Assembly: GCF_006345805.1 (NCBI RefSeq)
Contig: NW_021833470.1
Span: 1 to 28,839 of the forward strand
Source of the DNA: Octopus sinensis
Taxonomy: Eukaryota
Reading direction: 5' to 3'
DNA length: 28,839 nucleotides
Shown here: piece after piece, positions 11,560 to 21,985 of the stretch
Layout: each line of letters begins with the position of its first letter
Numbering within the stretch: position 1 is the first letter of the stretch
Notes under the pieces: model-generated
Database searches by the model: none
Told to the model about the DNA's origin: nothing
Seen by the model: the letters and a program-made list of their open reading frames with translations, nothing else
Position numbers and translations under genes: made by a program

Positions 11560-12277
11560 TTACGGCGGTAATAAAGAACGGTGAAAAAATCTGAATCATT
11601 TTATGCTACCCGTAGAAAATAAAAGGTGTGAATGCAAGGGAAGCAGCAGAAGAAATTAATGTTGTGGAAGGCCCAGGAACTGTCAACAAACATATGACAG
11701 AAGACGTTTCAGCCTCGAAGAGAAACCAAGGTCATGGAGACCTTTTGTTGTGGAAGATGAGGTCTTGCTTCAAATGATTGAACAACTGCCAAGTACAAGC
11801 ACTCGTACATTGTCAGCAGCACTTGGTCCATCACAAAGAACCATCAATCGACACCTCCATAAGCTTGGCCTTGAGATCATAGGCTGTGGAGAAGTTCCTC
11901 GTGAACTGACCAATGACCAGGTTCAACGACATATGAACATTTACAAGCAACTGCTGAAAAAAATCCTTGTGATGCTCGTTTTAAGCATCAATTGTAACTG
12001 GAGATGAAGAATGGATCTATTTCAGTACTCTTAATGTGAGAAATCAATACCAATGCTCCGGCCTGCTGTCAAGTAAGGGACAGAATGTCACGTACGTTTG
12101 GTAGAATTTCGGGACGGGTTGGGACTTTCAGTTTCTCCCAGATGGTCGGCTGTGAGCGCTAACATTTGTGCTCACCAACTGCCTTCCGGCACACATTGCC
12201 AATGTGACTGAGTGCAAACTTGAGTAATTTGTGGGGCTGGAAGCGCGACTTCACCCTGCCTACAGTCCAGATCTTAG
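11560..12277 (+). mobile_element. Mariner (DD34D) transposase pseudogene
   Basis: GVNAREAAEEINVVEGPGTV, EDEVLLQMIEQLPSTSTRTLS..LGPSQRTINRHLHKLGL, IVTGDEEWIYF and LHPAYSPDL motifs, with frameshifts and deletions. Confidence 0.9.
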
Positions 12278-12412
12278 ATAAATAGATAAATACATACATA
12301 CATAGACATATATATTCATACAGATGTATATATATGTATACATATATATCTGTGCATAGATATGTGTATGTATATATATATATATGTGTGTGTGTCTTTG
12401 TATATGTGTGTG

Positions 12413-12467
<55 letters not shown>

Positions 12468-12499
12468 CGATGAATGCAATTGAAACAGCATTATGTTAA

Positions 12500-12656
12500 A
12501 ATATGAAATGGAAACAGCGCTAGTACAATAAACATTACCAACCACTCGGCACTTTGAGAGAGCAATCTCTACCACGCCAATTCGCATCCTACTGACAAAT
12601 ACCCAAATATGTGCTTGATAATGTTTATTACGCTAACGCTGCCTCTATTTCATATT
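12500..12656. repeat. Imperfect inverted repeat (39-bp core arms, 79-nt spacer)
   Basis: 12500-12538 versus the reverse complement of 12618-12656: 31/39 identical, all mismatches transitions. Pairing extends a few bp on both sides. Confidence 0.75.
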
Positions 12657-13170
12657 TGAATTTATTCTTACGTATACATTATTCGGCCATACCCACTACC
12701 ACAAAGTTTGCACAATATATGCACAGAAGTCGTGGACTGGCGAAATGATTCATCTCCGATCCCGTTCGGGTGCGAGATGTTGATAAGTCACAAAATGGCG
12801 AAACATCAATGTCCATCACTCCTAGTTGGGATTAGAAGAAGTGAGTTATTTCGCCTGTCTATGACTTCCAGGTCTTTTAACACTCGGCGCATTGAGAAAG
12901 CATTCTCCATTACGCCATAGGCGACCTACCGGAAAGTACGTTAAGAGTATGTGATTGATAATGTATGTGATATACATATACACAAACAGATGCAGACATA
13001 CATATATACATACATAAAATAGTCAGATATAATGGGTTATTATATATTTATTTATATATTCATTTATTTGTTTATTATTGGATTACAGCTGTTTCAGATA
13101 TGCATTTCGGTGCGTACATGATTCAAATTTATCGATTGATCGATGATCGACGGAAAATATAAGGAACCGT

Positions 13171-13303
13171 GCCAACAAATCCACTCACGAGGCTTTGGTG
13201 GACCTGAGGCTATAGTAAAAGACACTTGCCCAAGGTGCCACGTAGTTGGACTGAACTTGGAACTATATGGTTGTTAAATAAGCTACTTACCACATAGCAG
13301 CTC
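13171..13303 (-). mobile_element. SINE family A, 5' half
   Basis: aaatccactcacgaggctttggtggacctgaggctatagtaaaagacacttgcccaaggtgccac...cttaccacatagc. Confidence 0.85.
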
Positions 13304-13330
13304 ATACTCCCGAATATATATATATATATT

Positions 13331-13457
13331 GGCCTGCTTGCTTAGCCAGCGGGGTGGCGTCATTTGAAGGCTAAATCAATGCGAAGCGCATGACCAGCGA
13401 TGTATAGCAATATCTGATAGCTTGGTCGGTCACGGTGATCACGGTGATCACGGTGAT
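13331..13457 (+). mobile_element. Retroposon 3' end with (CACGGTGAT)n tail
   Basis: Non-repetitive segment ending in three cacggtgat units, embedded in (TA)n. Short tandem tails are typical of LINE/SINE 3' ends. Family not identified. Confidence 0.5.
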
Positions 13458-13477
13458 ATAAATATATATATATATAT

Positions 13478-14001
13478 TTCAACAACAATTGAGGAACGGC
13501 TACAATAAGCCGTTCGACCCACTAGAAATAGCAGCCAGGGCTCAAACCGCAAATAGTAGTAATTCCGAAATCTAAGGAAAAATTAAAAAAACATTTACCC
13601 TGTTCTTCTTTAGACAATGCATTGTTTCGGGCGTTTTTAAATGGTAAACCAGCCTGATTAAATAAATTAACTTAATCAAGTCAATCTTCCAAAAGGCCAC
13701 GCGCTCATCAGTAAGGAGCCAGAAGGGACAGAAATTACACAAGGCAGCTACATCCATGCCTAGGTAATATCTGACCTAAAATTTTCAAAATCATCTTACT
13801 CGCGCCAACTTATCGGCAGCAAATATAAACTGCCGATTCAATTTCGGAATTAATCAGAAAATCATCAATTAATCAATTTAGGGTAGCAAAAAATTCAATA
13901 GAAATTATTTTGCCACCAGCGGTCTAGAGAGAAAAAGGAGATAATCAGAGACTATGAATAAATTCAACAACAATTGAGGACGGCTACAATAAGCCGTTCG
14001 A
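13478..14001 (-). mobile_element. Retrozyme-like non-autonomous unit: ~485-bp monomer bounded by a 40-bp direct repeat and containing an HHR
   Basis: Direct repeats 13478-13517 and 13963-14001 differ by a 1-nt indel. The unit has (TA)n flanks, an internal HHR and several hairpins. Confidence 0.65.
13606..13717 (-). ncRNA. Type I hammerhead ribozyme with intact catalytic core
   Basis: Minus strand uccuua-CUGAUGA-GCGCGU...ACGCCC-GAA-ACAAUG-CAUUGU-C-uaaaga. Stem I 5/6, stem II 5/6 plus a long internal hairpin, perfectly palindromic stem III. Predicted GUC cleavage between plus-strand positions 13613 and 13612. Confidence 0.8.
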
Positions 14002-14005
14002 TATA

Positions 14006-14082
<77 letters not shown>

Positions 14083-14090
14083 GTATATAT

Positions 14091-14623
14091 TCATACATAT
14101 ATGTACATACCTACATCTATATGTATATATACATGCATATATGGGTACAGGACATCAAAAAAACACAATGAGAAACGAAAGCATAAAAAGAAAAACAGGG
14201 AAACGAACTTTTTTCAAACAACGAAAAAACAGAGTACAAAACATACAACACAAGGAATATTTCCTTCCTTCAGAAGGGTGGGAGAGAAAACCAGGATGGA
14301 TGAAGAACAAGAGGAGAGAGATAGACAGAGGAGAATTAGTAAAAGTTGAAGAGTGCGCATCATAATTATTAAGATAAAACTTACTTGGAAAAGGATGCGT
14401 GGCGTTCGATCATGTAATAATATAAATAATATATAAATATATGCATATATACATACATATATGTACATACCTACATCTATATGTATATATACAGGCACAT
14501 ATGGGTACTGGACATCAAAAACCGTTGAACTCAATTAGAAACGAAAACATAAAAAGAAAAACATAGAAAACGAACTTTTTTCAAACAACGAAAAAACAGA
14601 GTACAAGACATACAACACAAGGA
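14091..14623. repeat. Direct repeat (~165-170 bp copies, 360-bp offset), Penelope pLTR-like
   Basis: 14091-14256 versus 14452-14623 share catacatatatgtacatacctacatc...gaacttttttcaaacaacgaaaaaacagagtaca..acatacaacacaagga. The pLTR assignment is inference. Confidence 0.75.
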
Positions 14624-14853
14624 GGGGGAAGGTGCATGTGTGCGCGTGTGTGTATGTCTAGTACGGCACAAATACAAACTCATAGATCTGTAGCAAGACT
14701 ATTCTGACATAGTCTAAATTACAGTGTTTCTCCGTTTCTGTTTGTAGATCACTTGGGAGGAATACCCGAACCTGTTACAAATGCGATGTGGTTGACGAGT
14801 CAGTGGAGTTGAATAAATAAGCGGACATATTGGTACCCGTCTGCATATGTGTG

Positions 14854-14905
<52 letters not shown>

Positions 14906-15209
14906 ATATATATTGTATATAAACATATACACACACTCACACGCACAAATATACAGGTATGTATGATTTAATTATGTGTGTATATATATATGTATTATAT
15001 ATATATATATATATTATATGTTATATATTATATATATATATATATATAATATAATATATATATATATATATATGTTTATATATATATGTTTATATATATA
15101 TATATATATTATATATACATATATATGCGTACGTGTATCTGTATTTATTACACATATACAGATGTATATTTGGGTATGTAACCAAGTATCTGTGATGCAT
15201 ATTCATACG

Positions 15210-15254
<45 letters not shown>

Positions 15255-15531
15255 TGTGTGTGTGTTGTGTGTGTGTGTGTGTGTGTGTGTTTGTGTGTAT
15301 ATGTCAGTAGGGGAGGATGCATATGTTTTTGTAAAAGTCTGGTCATTTATATGTAATTGTTTTTCATGTATGCGTATATATCTACCTATGTGTGTGTGAT
15401 AATTTTCAATTTGGGTATACATATGTGTGTGTATTTATGTAGGTGTGTAGGTGTGTGTATGCTATTATGAATATGCATGTTCCTGATTATATGTATATGA
15501 TACGTGTGTATGTATAGTGGGGAACACATAC

Positions 15532-15535
<4 letters not shown>

Positions 15536-15564
<29 letters not shown>

Positions 15565-15637
15565 TTGGTAGGTAGGTAGGTAGGTAGGTATATGTAGGTA
15601 TGTATGTAGGTGGGTGGGCAGGACATAGGTGGATGTG

Positions 15638-15704
<67 letters not shown>

Positions 15705-15906
15705 GTAGGTAGGTAGGTAGGTAGGTTGGTAGGTAGGTAGGTAGGTAGGTAGGTAGGTAGGTAGGTAGGTAGGTAGGTAGATATGTAGGTAGGTAGGTAG
15801 GTAGGTAGGTAGGTAGATACGTAGATACGTAGGTAGGAAGGTAGGTAGGTATATGTAGGTATGTATGTAGGTAGGTGGGTGGCAGGAAGTAGGTGGATGT
15901 GTAGAC

Positions 15907-15969
<63 letters not shown>

Positions 15970-15970
15970 C
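15536..15970. repeat. Compound (GA)/(GGTA)/(GATA) microsatellite with internal higher-order duplication
   Basis: Direct reading. Confidence 0.9.
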
Positions 15971-16372
15971 GTGTATGATTGCGATATTGTGTGTATGTGT
16001 GTTGTGATAAAAGTCAGTTATTATGAGTATCTATACATGTTATTCTGTATGTGATTATGTGCGCGATTGCGTGAATGTATATATTCGTATATGTGCATGT
16101 AAGTGCAAACATGTGTATGTAGGAGCATTCTTGCGTGTGTGTTTTAAGTATAATTGCGTATGCGCATCTCACTGTATATATATATTATATATATATATAT
16201 ATATACTATGTGTGTGTAAGTGTCGGGTCCTTTTGTGTGCGTATGTGCATGTGCATACAGTTATCTGTACGTGTACCTATGAGTATAGGTGAGCCTGTTT
16301 GTGTACACATGAATTACGTGAACGATGCGTATGCGTGTCTGCACCGCCGCGCGCATGAATATGTGTGTGTGT

Positions 16373-16443
<71 letters not shown>

Positions 16444-17038
16444 GCGTGTGTGAGTAGGTGAGTGTAAATGTGTTTTTGGATGTGAATTCTTTCATTTAAT
16501 TAAATTTTATTTCAGACAAAACTCATGTTTCCATTCCAATTTTGAATTAACAGTTCCGTACCATTGAACTTTTGGACATTATATGTATATATATTCTTAT
16601 GTATATGTGTGTGTTTGTGTTTGTGCGTGTGTGTGTTTGTACGTATATTTATACATATACATAAATGTTCACCTACATACCTACACTAATGAATGTATGT
16701 ATAAATGTAAGTACATATTTATAGGTGTGTGAGGGTGTATGTATATGAGTATATATATATATGCTTGTATATATATTACATATAAGAACATGTATGTGCA
16801 TGTGTGTGTATGTACATATGTGTGTGTATGTATACATGTATGTGTGTAATGGTTCGAACGTTTTCTGTTTCTTGAATTATGTATATAATTATATTTAAAT
16901 GCATATATTTATAAATACATGAGTATAGGTATGTGTATGAATTTTATAAATGCATGCATACATACATCCTCTTATTGCAATATTGCATCACCATATATAT
17001 ATATATGCATACATATACATGCTTATGCAGATAAGTCC

Positions 17039-17077
<39 letters not shown>

Positions 17078-17099
17078 TGTATAAAAAGAGGCATATATA

Positions 17100-17180
17100 T
17101 ATACATACATACATACATACATACATACATACATACATACATACATACATACATACATACATACATACATACATACGTAC
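17100..17180. repeat. (ATAC)n microsatellite
   Basis: Direct reading. Confidence 0.9.
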
Positions 17181-17279
17181 GTAGGTGTGTATTAAAACAT
17201 GTTTTCCACAAGAACGCATTACAAATATAAATGCCAGATGTAATTAATTGACAAGGTGCTTGCAGTAAATCATTGTCCT

Positions 17280-17320
<41 letters not shown>

Positions 17321-17321
17321 C

Positions 17322-17384
<63 letters not shown>

Positions 17385-17415
17385 TGTGGTTGTGGTGGTG
17401 GTGGTGGTGGTAGTT

Positions 17416-17451
<36 letters not shown>

Positions 17452-17481
17452 ATGGTGGTGGTGGTGGTGGTGGTGGTAGTG

Positions 17482-17530
<49 letters not shown>

Positions 17531-17640
17531 TAGTGGTAGTAGTAGTAGTAGTAGTCTTGGTGGTTGTGGTTGTGGTGGTGGTGGTGGTGGTGGTGGCGGT
17601 GGTCGTGCTGGTAGTGGTGGCGGTGATTGTAGCGGTGGGG
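17280..17640. repeat. Compound (GCA)/(GTA)/(GTG) trinucleotide microsatellite
   Basis: Direct reading. It explains the poly-S/G/P/V ORFs. Confidence 0.9.
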
Positions 17641-18264
17641 TTGAGGTAGGGGTAATAGCGATGGTGCTGCTTCTGTGACTTTTGTTGCTGATATTTTTCA
17701 ACAGATCTTAATTGGAATTTTTAGTATGACATTCATCCTATGCCTCACTCCCCTCCTCTTTCCCCCTCTCTCTCTCTCTCTCTCTCTCAACACATATACA
17801 TGTATCTGTGCACGCACGCACACACACACACACACGACACACTCATATACAAACGCATACATATAACGTATGTATCCACATATATATATATTCGGCTTAT
17901 GCCTTATGCTGCTATACGGAGTTTCATTTAATTTTTGTGATCAGACACTTGATACTCAGTTATTTATAATGAAAAAAAATCTTTCGAAAATCCAAGATGG
18001 CGTGAGTTTGTTACCTTTTCATTGGTTAACACAGATCACGTGTTACACATCCAGATTGTTACACCACAACTGAAAATATTTTATAATAATATTGCAGAAT
18101 AACTGACCTCTCTATGATCAGTTATTCTGACCGTATTGTTCAATGGTGAACAATTAATAACTTGTTTCTTGACTTCGTGGAAATGTTGATTAAGCTGCGA
18201 AATAGTTTCGCCACGCAAGATGTGAATGCTGAATAGTAAAGATATACGTAAAGGTAAAGTTACC

Positions 18265-18501
18265 TTCTCAAGCTATACCGACTAATTAAGGCCGATTTCT
18301 CGATTTCATGGCGTATAAATTCCCCCAAATGGATGAGACGCCGGTCCGTCAGGATTACTCATTTTTGCCAGCTGAGTGGACCGGAGCAACATGAAATGAA
18401 GTCTTTTGTTCAAGAGCACAACGTGTCACCCGGTCCAGGAATTGAAACCACAATCTTACGATCATGAGTCCAACACCCTAACCACTAAGCCACGTTCCTC
18501 C
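18265..18501 (-). mobile_element. tRNA-derived SINE family C
   Basis: Minus-strand head ggaggaacgtggcttagtggttagggtgttggactcatgatcgtaagattgtggtttcaattcctgg (A/B boxes). The body matches the copy at 21470-21735. Confidence 0.85.
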
Positions 18502-18510
18502 ACAAACAAG

Positions 18511-18610
18511 AGTCTTACAGCACCTAGTTTTTCCAAGCGGTCCCCTATCATCTAAGGACTAACTAGGCTCCAAACGATTAGCATTCTGAATTGTGGAATG
18601 AACCGGATCA
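18511..18610 (-). pseudogene. 5S rRNA-derived pseudogene (3' ~100 nt)
   Basis: tacagcacctagtttttccaagcggtccc...taaggactaactaggctcc...ttagc aligns to the reverse complement of eukaryotic 5S (tacagcacccggtattcccaggcggtctcccatccaagtactaaccaggcccg...ttagc). Confidence 0.75.
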
Positions 18611-18789
18611 TAAGATATATTTCACTGCTTCAATGAACAATTATTTAGTAGTAATTAAGAGCTTTAAACCTTATTTTATAAAGTAGATTTAATGTTCTTT
18701 CTTTCTACGTTACTCTTCCATATGGTGTTCCTCCCCCCACAAGGTCCAGTTCTTGCAGTGATGTGGTGGCCTGTGTGCCATATGACTCT

Positions 18790-19095
18790 GACAGCTATAC
18801 CAGCAAAAAGCTCCAATACGAAGGACCAGCAGGACCTCCAATACCCGCAGGATCTCCAATACGAAACGGGTCGCAAGACAATGTCCAGACTAATATAGAC
18901 CATATCTTCCCAGAGTTCAAAACCAGTTTGCGTAGGGCCAACACACCCGGCATAGGAAAAGGCAAGGTTATAGAAGCGTCGACGGTGATTCAAAACCAAC
19001 AAAATTCCAGGGAGACAAAGACAATCCAAAGTCGAGGAAAGTAGAGAAAATGTCGTCGATGGCCTATGCTTATTAGGGATTGATGATGGGTTTAA
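18790..19095 (+). mobile_element. Degenerate RTE-clade LINE 3' end
   Basis: Frameshifted KTSLRR..TPG..K...STV......QSRGK*..VVDGLCL resembles the RTE C-terminus (ALRWTPPGKRKRGRP..TWRRTV...AQ.R..WR.VVDGLC). Confidence 0.55.
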
Positions 19096-20185
19096 TGGAA
19101 TGTAGCGTTCCTCCTCCCAAGGCTAGGTCTTCTAAGTACGTCATTGAAACCCAGTATAAGCGCTGTTTCTTTTAATCGCCTAATCTTCCAGTGTTGTTCC
19201 ACAGGAGTTGGATACTTCTGTTTGTATTTCACAAATGTTTGGTCAAGCCTGGTTTTTCTCTCTCCTCGGATTACAACTTTTCGATGTTCCTCTGACCGAC
19301 AAAAGTATGGTATGCAAGTTAACCAAACCATTATAGATAAGTTCTGGCATGTGATAGATCTTAACAGGAATCGCTATGTAGTTCTCTTCGTGAGTAGAAG
19401 AATAAGTTCTTAGTCCTTTAATAAGATGTCCATGAAATGTGAAGCATGTTAGGGCAGACTCCTTTATTTTTTGTGTACGAAAATAATACGATGTGACTAT
19501 ATCTTTTTCATAGCTTCTAAGGTAAAGTTTTAAATCTCTAGTTTAACTTCATTAAATTTATCTTAGGCTTCAGATACATGTTATGTTATGCATAAATCAA
19601 GCTACCGACAAACGAACTACATCTAAGTTCTGGTTTGTTTTTGATTTAAATAGCAATTGCTTTGTAGTTATTTTCATGAAGGTCGAGGTGCTACACATCC
19701 TTTGATAAATGTCCAATAAACTATGAAGTATATTAGGGCAATCTTTTTTTTTATATTTTTTTTTTCTGTGTACGAAAATAATAACAAGATTCGTTTAGAT
19801 CTGTTTAGAAATTCACATCAAAGATTTTAAAATTATGAATTAGTTAATTTAAATTTATCTTTGATAAATGTATATGTATATAATTATGTGCGTATATGAA
19901 GCCACTGCTGTTTGATGCAATTCGTTGAGAGGACTTCTTATGAGATTTCAAAGAAACCCTCAAATTAAGCTCGCAAAAAGTAAAATGAAAAAGCATTAAA
20001 AATATCACAGTTTAAACTAAACTATAATTGTATCTTCATTTGTTTATTTTTACATATAGATCACAATAATTACCCCCTCCTCCGTTTCTTCAATTTCTAT
20101 TCAAAGAGTATATTATTTGTGATTCTCGTTGATTTTGTTTTGTATTCATTATACATTATCGAAAATAGTTTTTTCGGTGCTTACA

Positions 20186-20566
20186 ACCGGCATAGCCGTG
20201 TGGTCAAGGAACTCGCTTTTCAACTACGTGATTTCTGGTTCATTCCCACAGCACGATACCTTGGGCAAGTGACTTCGCTAGACGGAAACTGTGTGGAAGT
20301 TAATCGTATGAGTGTGTGTGTGTGTGAGAGAGTAAATGCAAGCGTGTGTGTATGCATGTATGCGTGTATCTTGGTGCTTTTGTTTGTTCCCAATAGTAGA
20401 GTGTTTGACACTGCATGACAACCAGTGTTGGTTAATTGACGTGCCCACAACTTAATGGTTCGGTAAAAGAAACCTATTATAGAATAAGTACTGAGGTCAA
20501 GTTGTTCCCTTTAAGGAAATGCCCCAGCGTGACTACAGTCCTATGAATGAAACAAATAAAAGAAGG
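20186..20566 (+). mobile_element. SINE family A, degraded full length
   Basis: Head catagccgtgtggtcaagg..., ccttgggcaagtg, gacggaaactg, and tail tgaaacaaataaaaga. Confidence 0.75.
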
Positions 20567-20739
20567 ATTAGAAGGGATGTTAGCAAAACAGTTAAACTGA
20601 TTAAACATTTTTTTTTTAATCATATTTTGAATTAGGGAATCCTTTTGTGTCAAAATTCAGAAATATTTCCAGTAACGATATGCAAATTGTCCTTCCATTA
20701 AAGGCTAACTCCTCCATAGATTATCAAGATTATTTGCTC

Positions 20740-21330
20740 TATTCTTCCGGCACAATGGAGGCGAAATGAACAGCTAATGAATATCATGAGCTACTTTTGT
20801 GTCTAATATCTTCTCTGAAATTGAAACCACTTATCTGAAAACAAGATTCCACAAGGGATTCCAAACAAATCAGTTTTAAATCTTCCAAGACTGATTTCAC
20901 CGTCACAGAATTCCTTTATTGAATGTGTTGTTGCCTTTTCTCCAAGATAAACATCATTAATGTTTTTGTAATTACTTTTATTGCTTCTCATCTATTTCTG
21001 TTGATTCCATGTCCTGCAGAAATGCATCTTTAATAAAGAACCTCAATAGATTTTTGCATTCTGATGATGCCATTAAATACAGAGGATATTAACCTGAAAT
21101 GCATGGATTGAAATTCAGCGTAGAGTAAATTCAGCTTCTGTTGCACAAGGAAAAGTATTATGTGCTTAGTTCCACGATTGCTTAATATATGATAAATTTT
21201 CCTGTCACTATCAACTATGTCAAATGTCGATTTACTTGGGAAATAAGGTAATAAAGCATCACTTTGTACTAACAGAACTGTAATAACTGTTTCTCGAGAA
21301 AGCTACTTTATTTGTGCAAATATATATGTT
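20740..21330 (-). mobile_element. hAT-superfamily transposase pseudogene fragment
   Basis: Minus-strand translation LSRETVITVLLVQSDALLPYF...KIYHILSNRGTKHIILFL..KLNLLYAEFQS...FIKDAFL...KSNYKNINDVYLGEKAT...CFQI. This resembles the (RW)LSR...ALLLYF...EFQSE...IYLG region of hAT transposases. Confidence 0.7.
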
Positions 21331-21469
21331 CTATGGCATGTTGTCACAATCGCTTCTAAAAGTAAGTTTAAAGTCTCATCACCTCTCGTTGCTGCGAGGC
21401 AAGTAATAGAAAGTAATTATTGTGATCCTTACGTAAAAATGAATTCATAAATAAAATTATATTTTAGTT

Positions 21470-21735
21470 TAAACCTTAGTGCTTAAGGTCCAAAGCTCCT
21501 TCCCTAGCCATAGGCTCATAAAGCTGTTTTCCCGGCTTTTGTGATGTATATATTCTCCCTGGGTGGGACTCTGGTCCGTCGCAGAATTACTCATTCTTGC
21601 CAGCTGAGTGGACTGGAGCAACATGAAATGAAGTGTTTTTTGCCCAAAAATACAATGCATCACCAGGTCTGGGAATCGAAACCACAATCATACGATTATC
21701 GATGGACCACCTCAATCACAAAGACACGTGCATCC
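21470..21735 (-). mobile_element. tRNA-derived SINE family C
   Basis: attactcattcttgccagctgagtggactggagcaacatgaaatgaagtg...gggaatcgaaaccacaatc is shared with 18265-18501. Confidence 0.8.
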
Positions 21736-21818
21736 TCTATCAACCTCTTCATTGTAAAAATTAATAAAACCCTACTAAAAAGTTTTAAGTTATCTTTCAG
21801 TTTCATGTTAAAATGCTA

Positions 21819-21819
<1 letters not shown>

Positions 21820-21886
<67 letters not shown>

Positions 21887-21985
21887 ATGCATGTATGTAT
21901 GTATGTATGTATGTATGTATGTATGTATTTATGTATGTATGTATGTATGTATGTATATATAAGTATATATATAAGTATATATAAT
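21820..21985. repeat. (TA)/(TG)/(TATG) microsatellite
   Basis: Direct reading. Confidence 0.9.

Noticed and set aside
13496-13525. Hairpin plus CTAG resembling a Helitron 3' end
   Set aside because: Spacing is short, no T follows CTAG, and the segment is better explained as the tail of the HHR unit.
13478-14623. Direct repeats considered as a CRISPR-like array
   Set aside because: Only two copies, spacers of hundreds of bp, eukaryotic context and no cas genes.
17256-17701. Poly-Ser/Gly/Pro/Val ORFs
   Set aside because: Trinucleotide microsatellite, with no splice or domain support.
18763-19044. 93-aa ORF (GPAGPPIPAGSP...) as a host exon or viral gene
   Set aside because: Better explained as an RTE 3' relic with a small internal repeat (ctccaatac x3).
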